From Hyaloraphidium curvatum SAG 235-1 (Eukaryota; Fungi; Monoblepharomycota), in the NCBI GenBank assembly GCA_025558095.1, contig JAIVFI010000005.1, positions 744,001 through 808,000 of the forward strand: DNA of 64,000 nt, in the 5' to 3' direction. Positions 22,133-32,610 of this stretch are shown here, piece after piece; position 1 is the first letter of the stretch, and every line of letters starts with the position of its first letter. The position numbers were made by a program, and so were the translations under genes. The notes below the pieces were generated by a model. It had not been told where the DNA came from and ran no database searches. It was given only the letters and a program-made list of their open reading frames with translations.

Positions 22133-22988
22133 ATGGGCGTGCTCTCCGGCGCAGATATCCGTGCGGCACTGGAGGACGGCACGCTGGTGATCGACCCGTT
22201 CGACTCCAACCACATCGGCGCGGCGTCCATCGACCTGACGCTCGGCAACGAGGTCCGCCCCGACCGCTCCGGGACCGCGATACGGAGGGCTGACAGCCGA
22301 ACCGGTGCCAGTTCCGCTCGTTCCAGCACCACAATGGGCCGGTGGACGTGTCGGATAGGGCCGAGGCGAAGGAGTACCAGAAGTTCACCAACTTGGTCCG
22401 TCCCGCCGGTTTCGGACGCTGCGGGCGGGGCCTGACGCGCGGGGGGGAACGCAGATCAAGCTCGAGGACGGGGAGCCGTACTATCTCGGCCCCGGGCAGA
22501 TGTGTCTCGGTGCGTCGGCCTTCCGGCGGCCGCGGAAGTGGGGCTGACAGCTCGGGCAGCGATAACGCGGGAGCGGGTGGTGCTGCCGCCGACCCTTTGC
22601 GCGCTCATCGAAGGTCGCTCGCGCTTCGCCAGGCTGGGGCTGAGCGTGCACATCACGGCGTCGTTCATCAACCCCGGGGTCGGTGTGCTCGAGGCTGCGA
22701 TGGTGACGGCGGCCTGACTCCCGCCGCAGGTGCAAAACCAGACCGTACTCGAGTGCTTCAACGCGTCCTCGCTGACGCTAGCTCTGTACCCGGGGACCAA
22801 GGTCTGTCAAATGATCGTGGGTCCCCTCCGTCTGCCGCCAACGAGCAAAGATCGCTGACATCGCAACGACAGTTCTTCAGGATGGAAAACCCGGCGACGT
22901 GGGCCTGCACCGGTATGCGTCGCTGCCGGCGCTCAACTTCCCGTCCGCTGCCAGGTACACCGGGAACTTCAACTACCAGTCGCTGTGA
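22133..22988 (+). CDS. dcd: dCTP deaminase (prokaryote-type trimeric dUTPase fold), 6 introns
   Basis: Spliced MGVLSGADI...IDPF...IGAASIDLTLGNE|F...LIEGRSRFARLGLSVHITASFINPG|VQNQTVLECFN...LYPGTKVCQMI|FF...YTGNFNYQSL*; the Dcd motifs ASIDLTLG, GRSxxARLG and catalytic Glu are present. Confidence 0.9.
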
Positions 22989-23223
22989 CCGCGGATAAGG
23001 TGATCTCTGTCGCACGATATCAGGGGAACGGGGAGGGGCTGCCGCTGCGGGATACCCGGGCGAGGAACGAGGATATGGATGTAGAAACTGGCCGCGCACG
23101 GCTGCCGCCTTGGTTGGTAGATCAGAGATCAGCTGATGGACATGGACGCGTGTACTTTACTGAGACTGCGCCCCCTCCGCCGGCCCACAACGGACGCGCT
23201 GTTGCCCTGTCGTCCACCTGACT

Positions 23224-24193
23224 ATGGCCGCTGCCAACCAGATCCAGAATGAGACCACCGTCGAGGGTCGCCCGGTGGAGTTATTGCTGGGCGATGGCCG
23301 GACGCTGCTCCAGCAGCTGCAGGACTGGGCCGACGCGCAACTCGGCAGCAGGGAGTTCGTCTTCCTCATCCCGGACGGCGATGCACGCGCTTCTGTTGTC
23401 ACCGATGGCACCCCGGTGTCGGACGCCATCGGCAAGAAGGTCCACGCGGTCGTCTCGGCGAGCCTTCACATCGCGGTCGTCAAAGATGTTGCCACCCTCA
23501 AGAAGGGCCTGGCCACACTCCAGGAACAGTTTGCTGGCTTCAAAGATAAGGCTCTGGCCGTCGAAAACCTCACGATCACCGGCAAGATCACTGCTCAGGA
23601 GCTGCAAGTCAACGGAGCTACCGAGATCAGCGGCGTTGTGACACTTTCCAACGCGACCTCGCTGATCGCACGAGGCAACGTTGAATGCAAAGGGAAGCTG
23701 GTGGCAGAGGGGACTACCGAGGCGAGTATGTTCTGCATCAGTCTGCGGCTCAATTGATCTCTTCGAGTTCCAGATCAAGTCCCTCGTAGTCGGACCGGAC
23801 AACAACAACCAAAGCCGTGTCCCGGTCCCGGTAGCAGTCATCAACGGGCTGCTCGATGCCGCAAAGGCGACTGTCAACGGGGATATCGGTGTCACAGGCA
23901 AGGCAAAGCTGGGCACGGTCGAAGTCGAGGAGACGGCTACATTCAAGAAGGGGGTGGAAGTCCAATCTGGCGGCCTCAAAGTAACCAAGTGCGACATCCA
24001 AGTGAATGAGGGCAGCGTCAACATCAACGGCAGGGCACGCGTTTTGGGCGGCCTCGAGGCCTCTAATGGCATCGAGATCCATAGTGGCAACAAAGACGGA
24101 TGGGGCCTGCTCATACACAGTGACAACTTGGCTGTTGCCAGAGGCACAATAAAGGCCAGAGACGGTGTTTATCATGGTGATCGAAGGCTTTAG
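23224..24193 (+). CDS. Fibre-like protein A: small N-terminal domain, coiled coil and beta-helix repeats (predicted GC-AG intron 23722-23773)
   Basis: Paralog of 30964-32463 (near-identical N-terminal ~130 aa); repeats of the V.G.L.V/I.V..G type (LTITGKITAQELQVNG, ATVNGDIGVTG, VEVQSGGLKV). Confidence 0.7.
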
Positions 24194-24287
24194 GAATGTG
24201 GAGCGGTGTGGAATAGCTGCATATCAGTGTGAAGAACAGGATCTATCGGATTGAAATTTACTATCCAAACACCGTGCTCAAATCGGT

Positions 24288-24745
24288 CTAAAGAAAGAAA
24301 AAAGCCCGCAACACTCGCCGCCGCCGCCGCCACCCTGATATCCCGCACGACGCTCCGCGCCTCCACCCCCACCTCGCCTGCTCCTCTACGAACGCCTCCG
24401 CCTCGCCCAGCTCCACCCCCCTCGCATCCCTCGCCAACCACACCACAAACTCCTCCGGGCTCGGCCCGCCCATCCCCAGCCTCGCGCGGGGGCGGTGCAT
24501 CAGGCCGTAGTAGAAGCTCTGCACGCTGCAGTCACCCAGGGCGCCGTACAGCCGCGGCAGGCGGACCAGGGCAAAGGGGACGTCCTCGCTGCCGCGGAGG
24601 GCGTGCTTGCAGCAGCGGATGGCGGCGAGGAGGCGGTCGTTGAGGGCGGCGGGGATCGGGGTCGTTGGGGCGCGGTAGCCGTACGGGGCGGGCGGCGGAG
24701 CGGAGTGCGAGGCCAGGGATTCGTAGGCCGAGGCGAGGGCGGCTC
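24288..24745 (-). pseudogene. Probable gene remnant or last exon of an unidentified gene
   Basis: Stop-free frame AALASAYESLASH...ALNDRLLAAIRCCKHALRG...VQSFYYGLM...EEFVVWLARDARG with coding-like composition; no clear start was found. Confidence 0.35.
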
Positions 24746-25244
24746 ACATCCACGAGTCGTGGGCCCGCGAGAAGCGGAGAGGGATCAGCGATCGGCGTCA
24801 GGTCTGAGGCGCCGACCCTTGATCGCCGCCGCCGCTGGTAGCAATAAACCGAATAGGACGGCATCCGCAGCACTTCGTACGCCTGCTCCAGCCCATACCA
24901 CGACCACAGCTCTTTCGGATTGATGTCAACGGCCTGCGGTACGCCTCCATCGCGGCCATGTTTGTCACCTCCACGTTACTCGTGGCCTATGAGCATCCAC
25001 GCGGCGGAGTAGTTGCAGTCAGGCGCAGGGCCCGAAGGAAGTGCATGTCGGCCTTTTCGTGCTCGGTGCGGAGGGAGAAATAGTCGCCTGCAGAACGGAG
25101 CGTGAGCGATGCGTGGATGCAAGTTCGGGTGACGACTGACCGACGACGACAACATTTCCCGCCTCCACCGGTCCACGCCCATGCACTAGTGCGCCCATAA
25201 ACCCAGCTTGGCCTCTTCTCCATAAAAGAGAGCGCACTGGCGTA

Positions 25245-25845
25245 GCCGTCCTCCTTGCTCTGGTGCGCGACAACCAGCCGCGCTCAACATCCGGTAGAGG
25301 GATGCGCAGACGTGAGAGCCGCCGCCGCGTCGGTGCGAAATGCGAGACAATGGAAGGCGCCAGGCACCTCGTAGGGCAGTTCGCCCCCGTCGGCTAGTTC
25401 GAGTGCGCCGTCGGTGGACGCGCGGACAGGGTTCACGCCCCCGTCAAAGTCGCAGAATCGTCCGCGTCCGCAGGGAATGGCACAGTCGCGGCCCTAGCCA
25501 CCGCACAATCCGCTGCTTGAGCAGATCCGCCGGAAATGCGGCGCCGAGGGGTCGTTGGTCTCGACAGCATGGCCGCCGCCTCACAAGCGCTCGTCGGGGG
25601 GCAGGCGTGCAGCATTCGCGCTGCCGCGGGGTGGGGTTCGATGTCGAGCAGCGCCGGCTGCACTCGATGCCGTAGCCCGCGCGCTCTGAGCGGCCCAAGT
25701 CGCGTCGACCACGGGAGGCGGCGGAACTGGACGCGGAAGAGCTCTCCACGCGGCGATCTCGTCGCGCGCCATCGCGGTGTCCCAGCGCGGCCCCTCCTGC
25801 TGTGGACCGTGCGCGACACGCCTCACGCGCAACGCGGGTGAATGG
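25245..25845 (-). pseudogene. Frameshifted copy of the 5' part of the AAA ATPase gene (30120-30824)
   Basis: Pieces in three frames match the AAA N-terminus: QEGPRWDTAMARDE vs QEGPRWGTAMANDE, QPALLDIEPHPAA vs QPALLRRAPHPAA, FPADLLKQRIVR vs FPADLLEMRIVR, TVPFPA, and HQSKED vs HQSKEE. The ATG is missing. Confidence 0.85.
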
Positions 25846-26100
25846 GAGACCCGCAGAATGTTTCCAACGCAAGACGTGGACCTGACTGGCGCATGAGACC
25901 GCGTTTGGACCGCGTTGAGACGCCTTTCAACGGACGCGGCGACGACGCCATCCCGGCACCGCACGACCGCACGCGCCGCCGGATCCGGCCTCCGTCTGGC
26001 GCCGCCGAAGTCTCCCGAGCTCGCCGCCTAAGCAGCTGCCGGCCCCGCCGGACTCGGTCGCCTGAGGCGCAGAACTCCGTCCCCAGCCGTACTTTTCGCC

Positions 26101-27458
26101 ATGCCCGACCTCAGGGACCTGCTCGAGGACCAGAAGCTCCTGCAGAGCGAGCTCAAGGACCTGCAGGCCTGCCGCAACGCGGTGGACGAGGAGCTGGCGA
26201 ACGCCAGTGACGCGCTGGACAAGCTCCTGGGGGCGCTGGGAGGGAAGACGGACGAGCTGCTGCAGCAGCTCATCGGACGCGATCTGCTCGGCAATGAGCT
26301 GCTGCAGCTCAGGGAAGTCGAGCGCATGGTCACCGGAGCGATCGACGATGCGCTGAAGGAGCTGGCCGACGTCGCCAAGAACGAGGCCAAAGCGCTTCTG
26401 AACAAGGAAGGAGTGCAGAACATCCTGTCCTTCCTCCAAAAGGGGCAGGCCGCGCTCGAGCAAGCCACAAAAGCCGTATCATCGGCGGTGTCGGCCGCGA
26501 CGGCGGCTATCGAGAAGTTCAAGTCCCTCCTTTCCCGTGCCGAACAGGGCGTGGATGAGATAAAGAACGAGAAGGACGACGTGCTCAAGGCCATCATGGC
26601 CATCGAGCTGGTTCTGGAGCTTGTCGAGAAGCTGCTCGACGCGCTCATTGCTTTGATCGCCGCGCTTCTTGTGGCCCTCGCCGGTGCGTTCCGAAAACCA
26701 GCTGTAGCTGCCTAGACAACTGATTCGCCTTCCCCTGCAGCTGCTTCCTTTCTCTTCGGCATCGGCGTCGCGCCCATCGTCGCGGCCCTAAAGAAAGCTT
26801 CTGCTACCCTCCTTCTGACGAAGGAGAAGGTCGGACTGCTCCGCCTCAAGATTCGCCTCATGCGCGTGGCGTTCACGGGCCTGACACAGGGCTGGCAGAA
26901 GGCGATCGAGCTGGCCAAGGGGCTGACCAAAGACCTTGCAATGAAGGTGGCCGACGAGATAGGGCTCGGCGACGAGCTGAAGAAGCTGCAGAAGGACATA
27001 ACGGACAAGGTCCAAGAGATTGCGAAGCAGACTGGGATAATGGACGTCGTCAACTCAACCCTGGACGGGCTTAACGGACTAAAGAAAGGGTTGGAAGCCA
27101 CGGTGGCTGCCAGTAACGAGAACCTTGCAGGAATCATCGCGGATGTTTCAAGGACGGTGGGATGCTTACCGCAGGTTCTCATAATCGTTTCCAATGCTGA
27201 TTTTGCATTCTGTAGGCGGGAAACCTTGACAAGGCAAAAGAAACTGTCGGCCAATTAACGGGTCAAATTGGAGCCATCACTGACGCCAAGGGCGTTCTGG
27301 ACAGCATCATTAGCGAAGCCGGCAAACGCAAGTCGCAGTTAGACAAGCAGATCGAAGATGTTACCAAGCGCAGTGAGGCGCTCGAGTCGCAAATCGCACA
27401 GGAGGAGGCGAAGATGAATGCCAACGTGGTGAACGTGGCCTCGAACATCAACCGTTGA
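26101..27458 (+). CDS. All-helical coiled-coil protein (413 aa) with a central hydrophobic hairpin, ClyA/HBL-like architecture; introns 26684-26740 and 27157-27215
   Basis: The spliced ORF is continuous; long amphipathic heptads flank LLDALIALIAALLVALAAASFLFGIGVAPIVAAL; there is no signal peptide. Confidence 0.8.
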
Positions 27459-27502
27459 TTGCCGCGTAATGTTCTGAATGTGGTTCAAAAGTGCGTTTTG
27501 AA

Positions 27503-30500
27503 TTACTTCGATGCCTTTTGTACAATCTGTTTCTTGGCCATGTTCGTCAACGCATTCCAGTTCACATCTGCAGGTGATCCTCGAGTGCTGTGGGGAGCCG
27601 GTATTTCCCCCTTCTCCGACCATGCCTTCCCACAGCACATCCATTTGGCCTCTACAGGTTCTTTCATCTCTTTCAGCCGGTCGAGAACATCGACGAAATT
27701 GCAGATTTCCGGCACTGGAGCAGGGGCATCGGTTTCTTGGTTGCCGTTGCTAGCACTTGCTTTTGCAAGGGCAAGGAACTGTGACGCGTGTCGTCCGCAT
27801 TCCGTTGGCCCATTGTCCTCCTCTTTGTAGTTTTGGAAGCAGAAGATGCATTGGGTCTCTGTTGTCCTCTGTCGGCCTTCCTCTTGCACTCTTCGGTCGT
27901 CCTCGGTATCCCATCTGAGTTCCTCCTTCAGTCGCTGTGTCACGTAAGGGTGCCCGGAGACTGCAACCACGCAGCAACGCGGCCAGTTGCTTTCTGGTTC
28001 CGTTTCCAACTCGCCAGCAAGCTGGATCTTTGCAACAATGGCCTCGAACAACTGCTGGCGTAGGAGTTTGTACGTCACGCTCTCTGTTGAAGTGCTCTTA
28101 ACCTGGTTGCGCGCCGAGGATTCGAGCTCCTTAGCCCGGCCCGATACGTCCTTCGTAGGAGAAACCACCGAGTCGCAATCGATGATGAGCAGCGCCTTCT
28201 TGTACTGCAATGCCTCGTCCCACACGCGCTTCAGCTCATGCAGTGCAGCGGACTCCTCCGTAGCACGCTTCGCAAGGAGAACATCGAGGTTGAAAATGGC
28301 GACGTGGTCCAGCTCCTTGCGCACCGCAAGCTTGATCAGAGTACTGTACGCGGCCTTCTTTGCCGTCTGTCCTGCGGCCACGGGGTCCTCCACAAGGCGC
28401 ACAAGAGGCCGGATCCTCGCTTCGGCCTCCTCAAGCTCCCGCTGCCAATTTGCCTTGATATTTGCACTGCATGGGAAGTTTGGGCCGAGGTAGCTGGATA
28501 CCGTCCCGCCCACAGCCCTATAGAGGGCTTTGTCAAGCTCTGAATCACGTGCTCTTGCCGAGTGCACGCCATTCTCTCCAGCAAAAGCTTGTTGAGCGCC
28601 TGGCCACGTGCAATTGTCCCTGTCCCCAGAGTGCCCTTGGATTAGTGCCGTCAGTGTGCGGTGCACCCAGAGCAGGTGCTCTGTGCTCCGGCTCCAGCCA
28701 GCAGCACCAAGCTCAGGTCGGACCTTGGAGAGGTACCTCACGGACGTCTCCGCTAGCTCCGCAATCACCTGCTTGGCGCCGTTCCCGAAGGGCCTTTCAG
28801 GTTCTCCTGCCGGCAGCTGCGGGTCCGTGGAGGGCGAGGGCGGAGGCTTGCGTGAATGGGCGTCCGCAGACTGCCCTGCAGGATCCGGCGGTGCAGTCCC
28901 GGCCTCTGGTACGGCGGCTCCGGCCTGAGGTGCCGCCCCGGCCTGCGGCGTCGTCCCCACAATGTCCGTGACCAGGTTGCCGCCGACGTCGATGCCCTCC
29001 TCTCGGCAGAAGTCCCTCACGAGCTTCTTCACGCGGCCCGCCTTGCCCTCCGCCGTGCGGAAGACGACGTCGAGCATCAGATAACGCAGCAGCTTCTCCA
29101 TTGCAGCGTGGGAGAAGCCGAGGGTCCATTCCACGAGACTCGTGCCCAGCCCAGATAACAGTATCTCACCAGGACGAAGTGGGTCCTGTCTGAACAAATG
29201 ATCGAGGGCGGTTTGGTCTGCGCGCGGCACTTTGAAGACCTCAGGTCGCGTGCGAGCCATGTGAATCCATTCTTGTCGGTGCGCGGCCGACGGGAGACCA
29301 ACGAAGATCTTGACGTGCATGCGGCGGAGGAAAGCCGGGTCTAGTACGTCGAATCGGTTGGTGGAACCGAACAGCACCAGGTTCTTGGTTTTGTCCTTGA
29401 TCCCAGCAATGAGGCTGAGGAGCGAGTTGAGCCCCGTGGCGCGGCCCTCGCGCCCCGAGCTCGAGCTCCTGTCCATCGCCATCGTGTCGATCTCGTCGAT
29501 CGCGGCGACGCAGACGGCCCAGGGCAAGCGCTCCGCCCGGTCGGCGAGCTCGTTGAACATGCGCTTGTCGTCGCCTACGATGCCTTGGTCGAAGTCGGCC
29601 GAGGACATGGGTTCCACGATCAGGAAAACTCCCAGGGCTGCGCACAGTCGCTCCACGAGCATCGTCTTGCCCGTGCCCGGGGGACCCCAGAGGACGATTC
29701 CGCGAGGGATGCCGGGGGTGGTGTAAGGCCGCAGAGGGAGCTCAAACTCGTCCCGCAACTGCTCGGCACCAATCAGGTCGCTCAACCCAACGGACAAAGC
29801 CAGGTCCACGATGTCCTGGTGGCAGTAGGCCATGTTCGCGTACGCCGTTTTGTTGTCGACGCCTTCCGAATGATAGGCGAGGTAGCGCATGAAGAGCCTG
29901 CCGGGAAGGCAAGAAGAGGGCGTTAACACTCGGTGGGTCGAGATGCGCGGAGATGACGCCCAACCACGCGGTTGCCATGTCCTTGGCCTTCTTTGCATCG
30001 ACGTCGGGTGGGACCGACGACGTCTGGGGCACCGAGGTGAAATCGATATCGACAGAATTGCCTTGCTTCAGCGCAAACAGGTCCGACGGCAGCACCTTAT
30101 AGGTGCGTCCAGGCAGGAGCACCTCCTCTTTGGATTGATGCGCGACGACCAGCGGCGAAAGTTTGATATCGGGGAACAGGACCGGCCTAGCAGCGAGGCG
30201 CCGGACGCCGTCCTGCACAGCGGCGCGCTCGCTCGTGCGCAGGGCGGAGAGCGCCCAACGCGCGGCATCGGTGAGAGGAACTAGTTGCAGGTAAGCGCCG
30301 CTGCTTGGGACGCCGGCGTCCGCGTCGGCGCCCTCGAGCACGCCTGCGATGAAGGCACTGGCGCGGTTGACGTCCGCAGGGAGAGCGTCTTTGTCGTCCC
30401 CTTCCGCTGGGAACGGTACGGTGCACAGCTGACCTTGTCGCCGCACGATGCGCATCTCCAGCAGATCGGCCGGGAAAGAATCGCCGAAGGGGTCGTTGCC

Positions 30501-30824
30501 CTCGGCCAGTCGCCGAGCGAACGCCTCCTCGGCCCGCGAGCGCTTCTCAACGCCCAAAGAGCGCAGGACCCGCACGGCGGCGGGGTGCGGCGCGCGGCGA
30601 AGCAGCGCCGGCTGCAGTCTGATGCCGAAGCCAGCGGCGGGCGCGTGCTGCGAGACCCACACCGCGTCGACGTGCGAAGGCCGAGGTCCCGCATCGACCG
30701 CGCTGAACAGCGCATCGCACGCCTCGGCCTCGTCGTTCGCCATCGCGGTGCCCCAGCGCGGCCCCTCCTGCCGTGGACCGCGCGCAACTTCACGCGCAAC
30801 GCGGGCGAATGGGTGGGGCGCCAT
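27503..30824 (-). CDS. NSF/CDC48-like AAA+ ATPase with a novel N-terminus, a degenerate second AAA module and a C-terminal Cys/His Zn finger; intron 29898-29964
   Basis: Walker A GPPGTGKT, Walker B AAIDEID, SRH STNR..LDPAFLRR; D2-like LKRVWDEALQYKKALLIIDCDSVV; C-terminal CIFC..Y...DNGPTECGRH...WMCCG. Confidence 0.9.
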
Positions 30825-30963
30825 CTTTCTCGTCACAGGGAGAAGAACGCGTTGAGACTCGCCGCGTGGATTGCGCGGACCCTGACTGGTTGAGATAGAA
30901 CTCAAAACGCGGCCGACGCCATCGACGTTGTCGACGAGAGCAACAATCTCCTCCCTGCAGACC

Positions 30964-32463
30964 ATGCCCGCTGCCAACCAGAATGAGGCCACCGTCGAAG
31001 GCCGCCAGGTGCAGCTAGCCCTGGGCGGTGACTCGACACTGCTCCAGCAGCTGCGGGACTTGGCCGGCAAGGAGTTCGTCTTCCTCATTCCGGATGGCGA
31101 CGGACGCGCAATCATGGTCACCGATGGCACCCCGGTGTCGGACGCCATCGGCAAGGAGGTCCACGCGGTCGTCGCGGCCGGCGCACACAAGACGCTCGCG
31201 AAGGAAGTCGACGACCTCAAGAAGAATCTGAAAGCGCTCCAGGATCAGTTTACTGCCATCAAGGATAAAGCTCTGACCGTGGAAAACCTCACGATAACCG
31301 GCAAGATCATTGCTCAGGAGCTGAAAGTCCACGGAGCTACCGAGTTCCAGGACAGCGTTAAGGTCACGCACGGGGAGCACGGCCTGAACGTGTCCGGCCC
31401 ACTCGTCTGTAACGGCGTCACTTGCAACGGAAATGTGGTCGTTCAAGAAGGCGCCACGCTCCAGGTTGGTCGCTCACGTCCCGGCATCGCGATCGCGAAT
31501 GACGACCTTCTGCCCTCGCAGGTGAAGGGCCAGCTCACGGTCGAAGGCGAAAGAGGCAAGGCAAATATCAAGGCTCTCGATGTCGGCAAGATCGCCCAGA
31601 CGGGCTACAATGATGCTACGGCGGAGCTCAGGGGCCTGACCATCAGGGAAACCGGCATCAAGGTTGAGAGAGGCCTGGTTGAGGTCCAGAACGACGGCAT
31701 CACGGTCAAAGAAGGCGGACTGGAGGTTAAAGCTGGTCTCCTGCGCGCCAGGGACGGCATCAAGGCGACTTCGACGCTGACGAGGGACCGCCCTGGTGTG
31801 GAGATCAGCAACGGGCTCGTCTCAAGCGACGGAAATGTGGTCGTTCAAGAAGGCGCCACGCTCCAGGTTGGTCGCTCACATCCCGGCATCGCGATCGCGA
31901 ATGCCGACCTTCTGCCCTCGCAGGTGAAGGGCCAGCTCACGGTCGAAGGCGAAAGAGGCAAGGCAAATATCAAGGCTCTCAATGTCGGCAAGATCGCCCA
32001 GACGGGCTACAACGATGCTTCGGCGGAGCTCAGGGGCCTAACCGTGAAGGAAACCGGGATTAAGGTCGAGAAGGGGGGCGTGGAGGTCGAGAAGGGCGGC
32101 GTGGTGGTCCAGGATGGCCGTTTGCTTGCCAAGAACGGCATCACGGTCGAGAAGGACGGGCTGGAGGTTAAAGCCGGCCCCCTGTTCGCCAACCACGGCA
32201 TCCATACGACTTCGATCATGTCGAGCGGTGGCGCCGTCCTCGGCGACTCTGTCAATATCCGGAACTTCCGATTCAAGGCAGTCGATGACTTTACGCTTCA
32301 TCTGGAACACAACAACGGGGACACGAACATGGTGCGGTTCAGCCTGCACCACCCGGACCGCATCCGGATCTACAACAACCACGGCAACTTCTTCTTTTTC
32401 AACCACGACAGCCGCTTCGGGGTAGGGATGAAGGGAGGAGCTGTCCACTATGGCAAAACATAA
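30964..32463 (+). CDS. Fibre-like protein B: N-terminal domain, coiled coil, extended beta-helix repeats and a distinct C-terminal tip; in-frame introns 31465-31521 and 31867-31923
   Basis: Repeats GIKVERGLVEVQNDGITVKEGGLEVKAG and GVEVEKGGVVVQDG; two 57-nt GTTGG...GCAG segments look like introns. Confidence 0.8.
   Translation: MPAANQNEATVEGRQVQLALGGDSTLLQQLRDLAGKEFVFLIPDGDGRAIMVTDGTPVSDAIGKEVHAVVAAGAHKTLAKEVDDLKKNLKALQDQFTAIKDKALTVENLTITGKIIAQELKVHGATEFQDSVKVTHGEHGLNVSGPLVCNGVTCNGNVVVQEGATLQVGRSRPGIAIANDDLLPSQVKGQLTVEGERGKANIKALDVGKIAQTGYNDATAELRGLTIRETGIKVERGLVEVQNDGITVKEGGLEVKAGLLRARDGIKATSTLTRDRPGVEISNGLVSSDGNVVVQEGATLQVGRSHPGIAIANADLLPSQVKGQLTVEGERGKANIKALNVGKIAQTGYNDASAELRGLTVKETGIKVEKGGVEVEKGGVVVQDGRLLAKNGITVEKDGLEVKAGPLFANHGIHTTSIMSSGGAVLGDSVNIRNFRFKAVDDFTLHLEHNNGDTNMVRFSLHHPDRIRIYNNHGNFFFFNHDSRFGVGMKGGAVHYGKT
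31429..32180 (+). repeat. Intragenic tandem duplication with a 402-nt period (copies start at 31429 and 31831), including an intron
   Basis: GGAAATGTGGTCGTTCAAGAAGGCGCCACGCTCCAGGTTGGTCGCTCAC... occurs at both positions and is near-identical for ~210 nt before diverging. Confidence 0.95.
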
Positions 32464-32610
32464 GGGGATGGAGGAGAGAGAAGACGGTGCAGCCATGAAG
32501 AAGCGATCTATCGCGGCAGACGGTGTAGCTAAATGGATGTCGGGCACGGATGAAGTCCGAGATCCGATACCATGCCCCGCAAAGCGGGAGCCTGCCGACT
32601 TGATCAACAA

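Noticed and set aside
23224-32463. Prophage, eCIS or endogenous giant-virus segment (fibre + tape measure + AAA)
   Set aside because: No sheath, tube, baseplate, capsid, polymerase or integrase genes are present, and the genes carry host-type introns. Remote viral ancestry of the fibre domain is not excluded.
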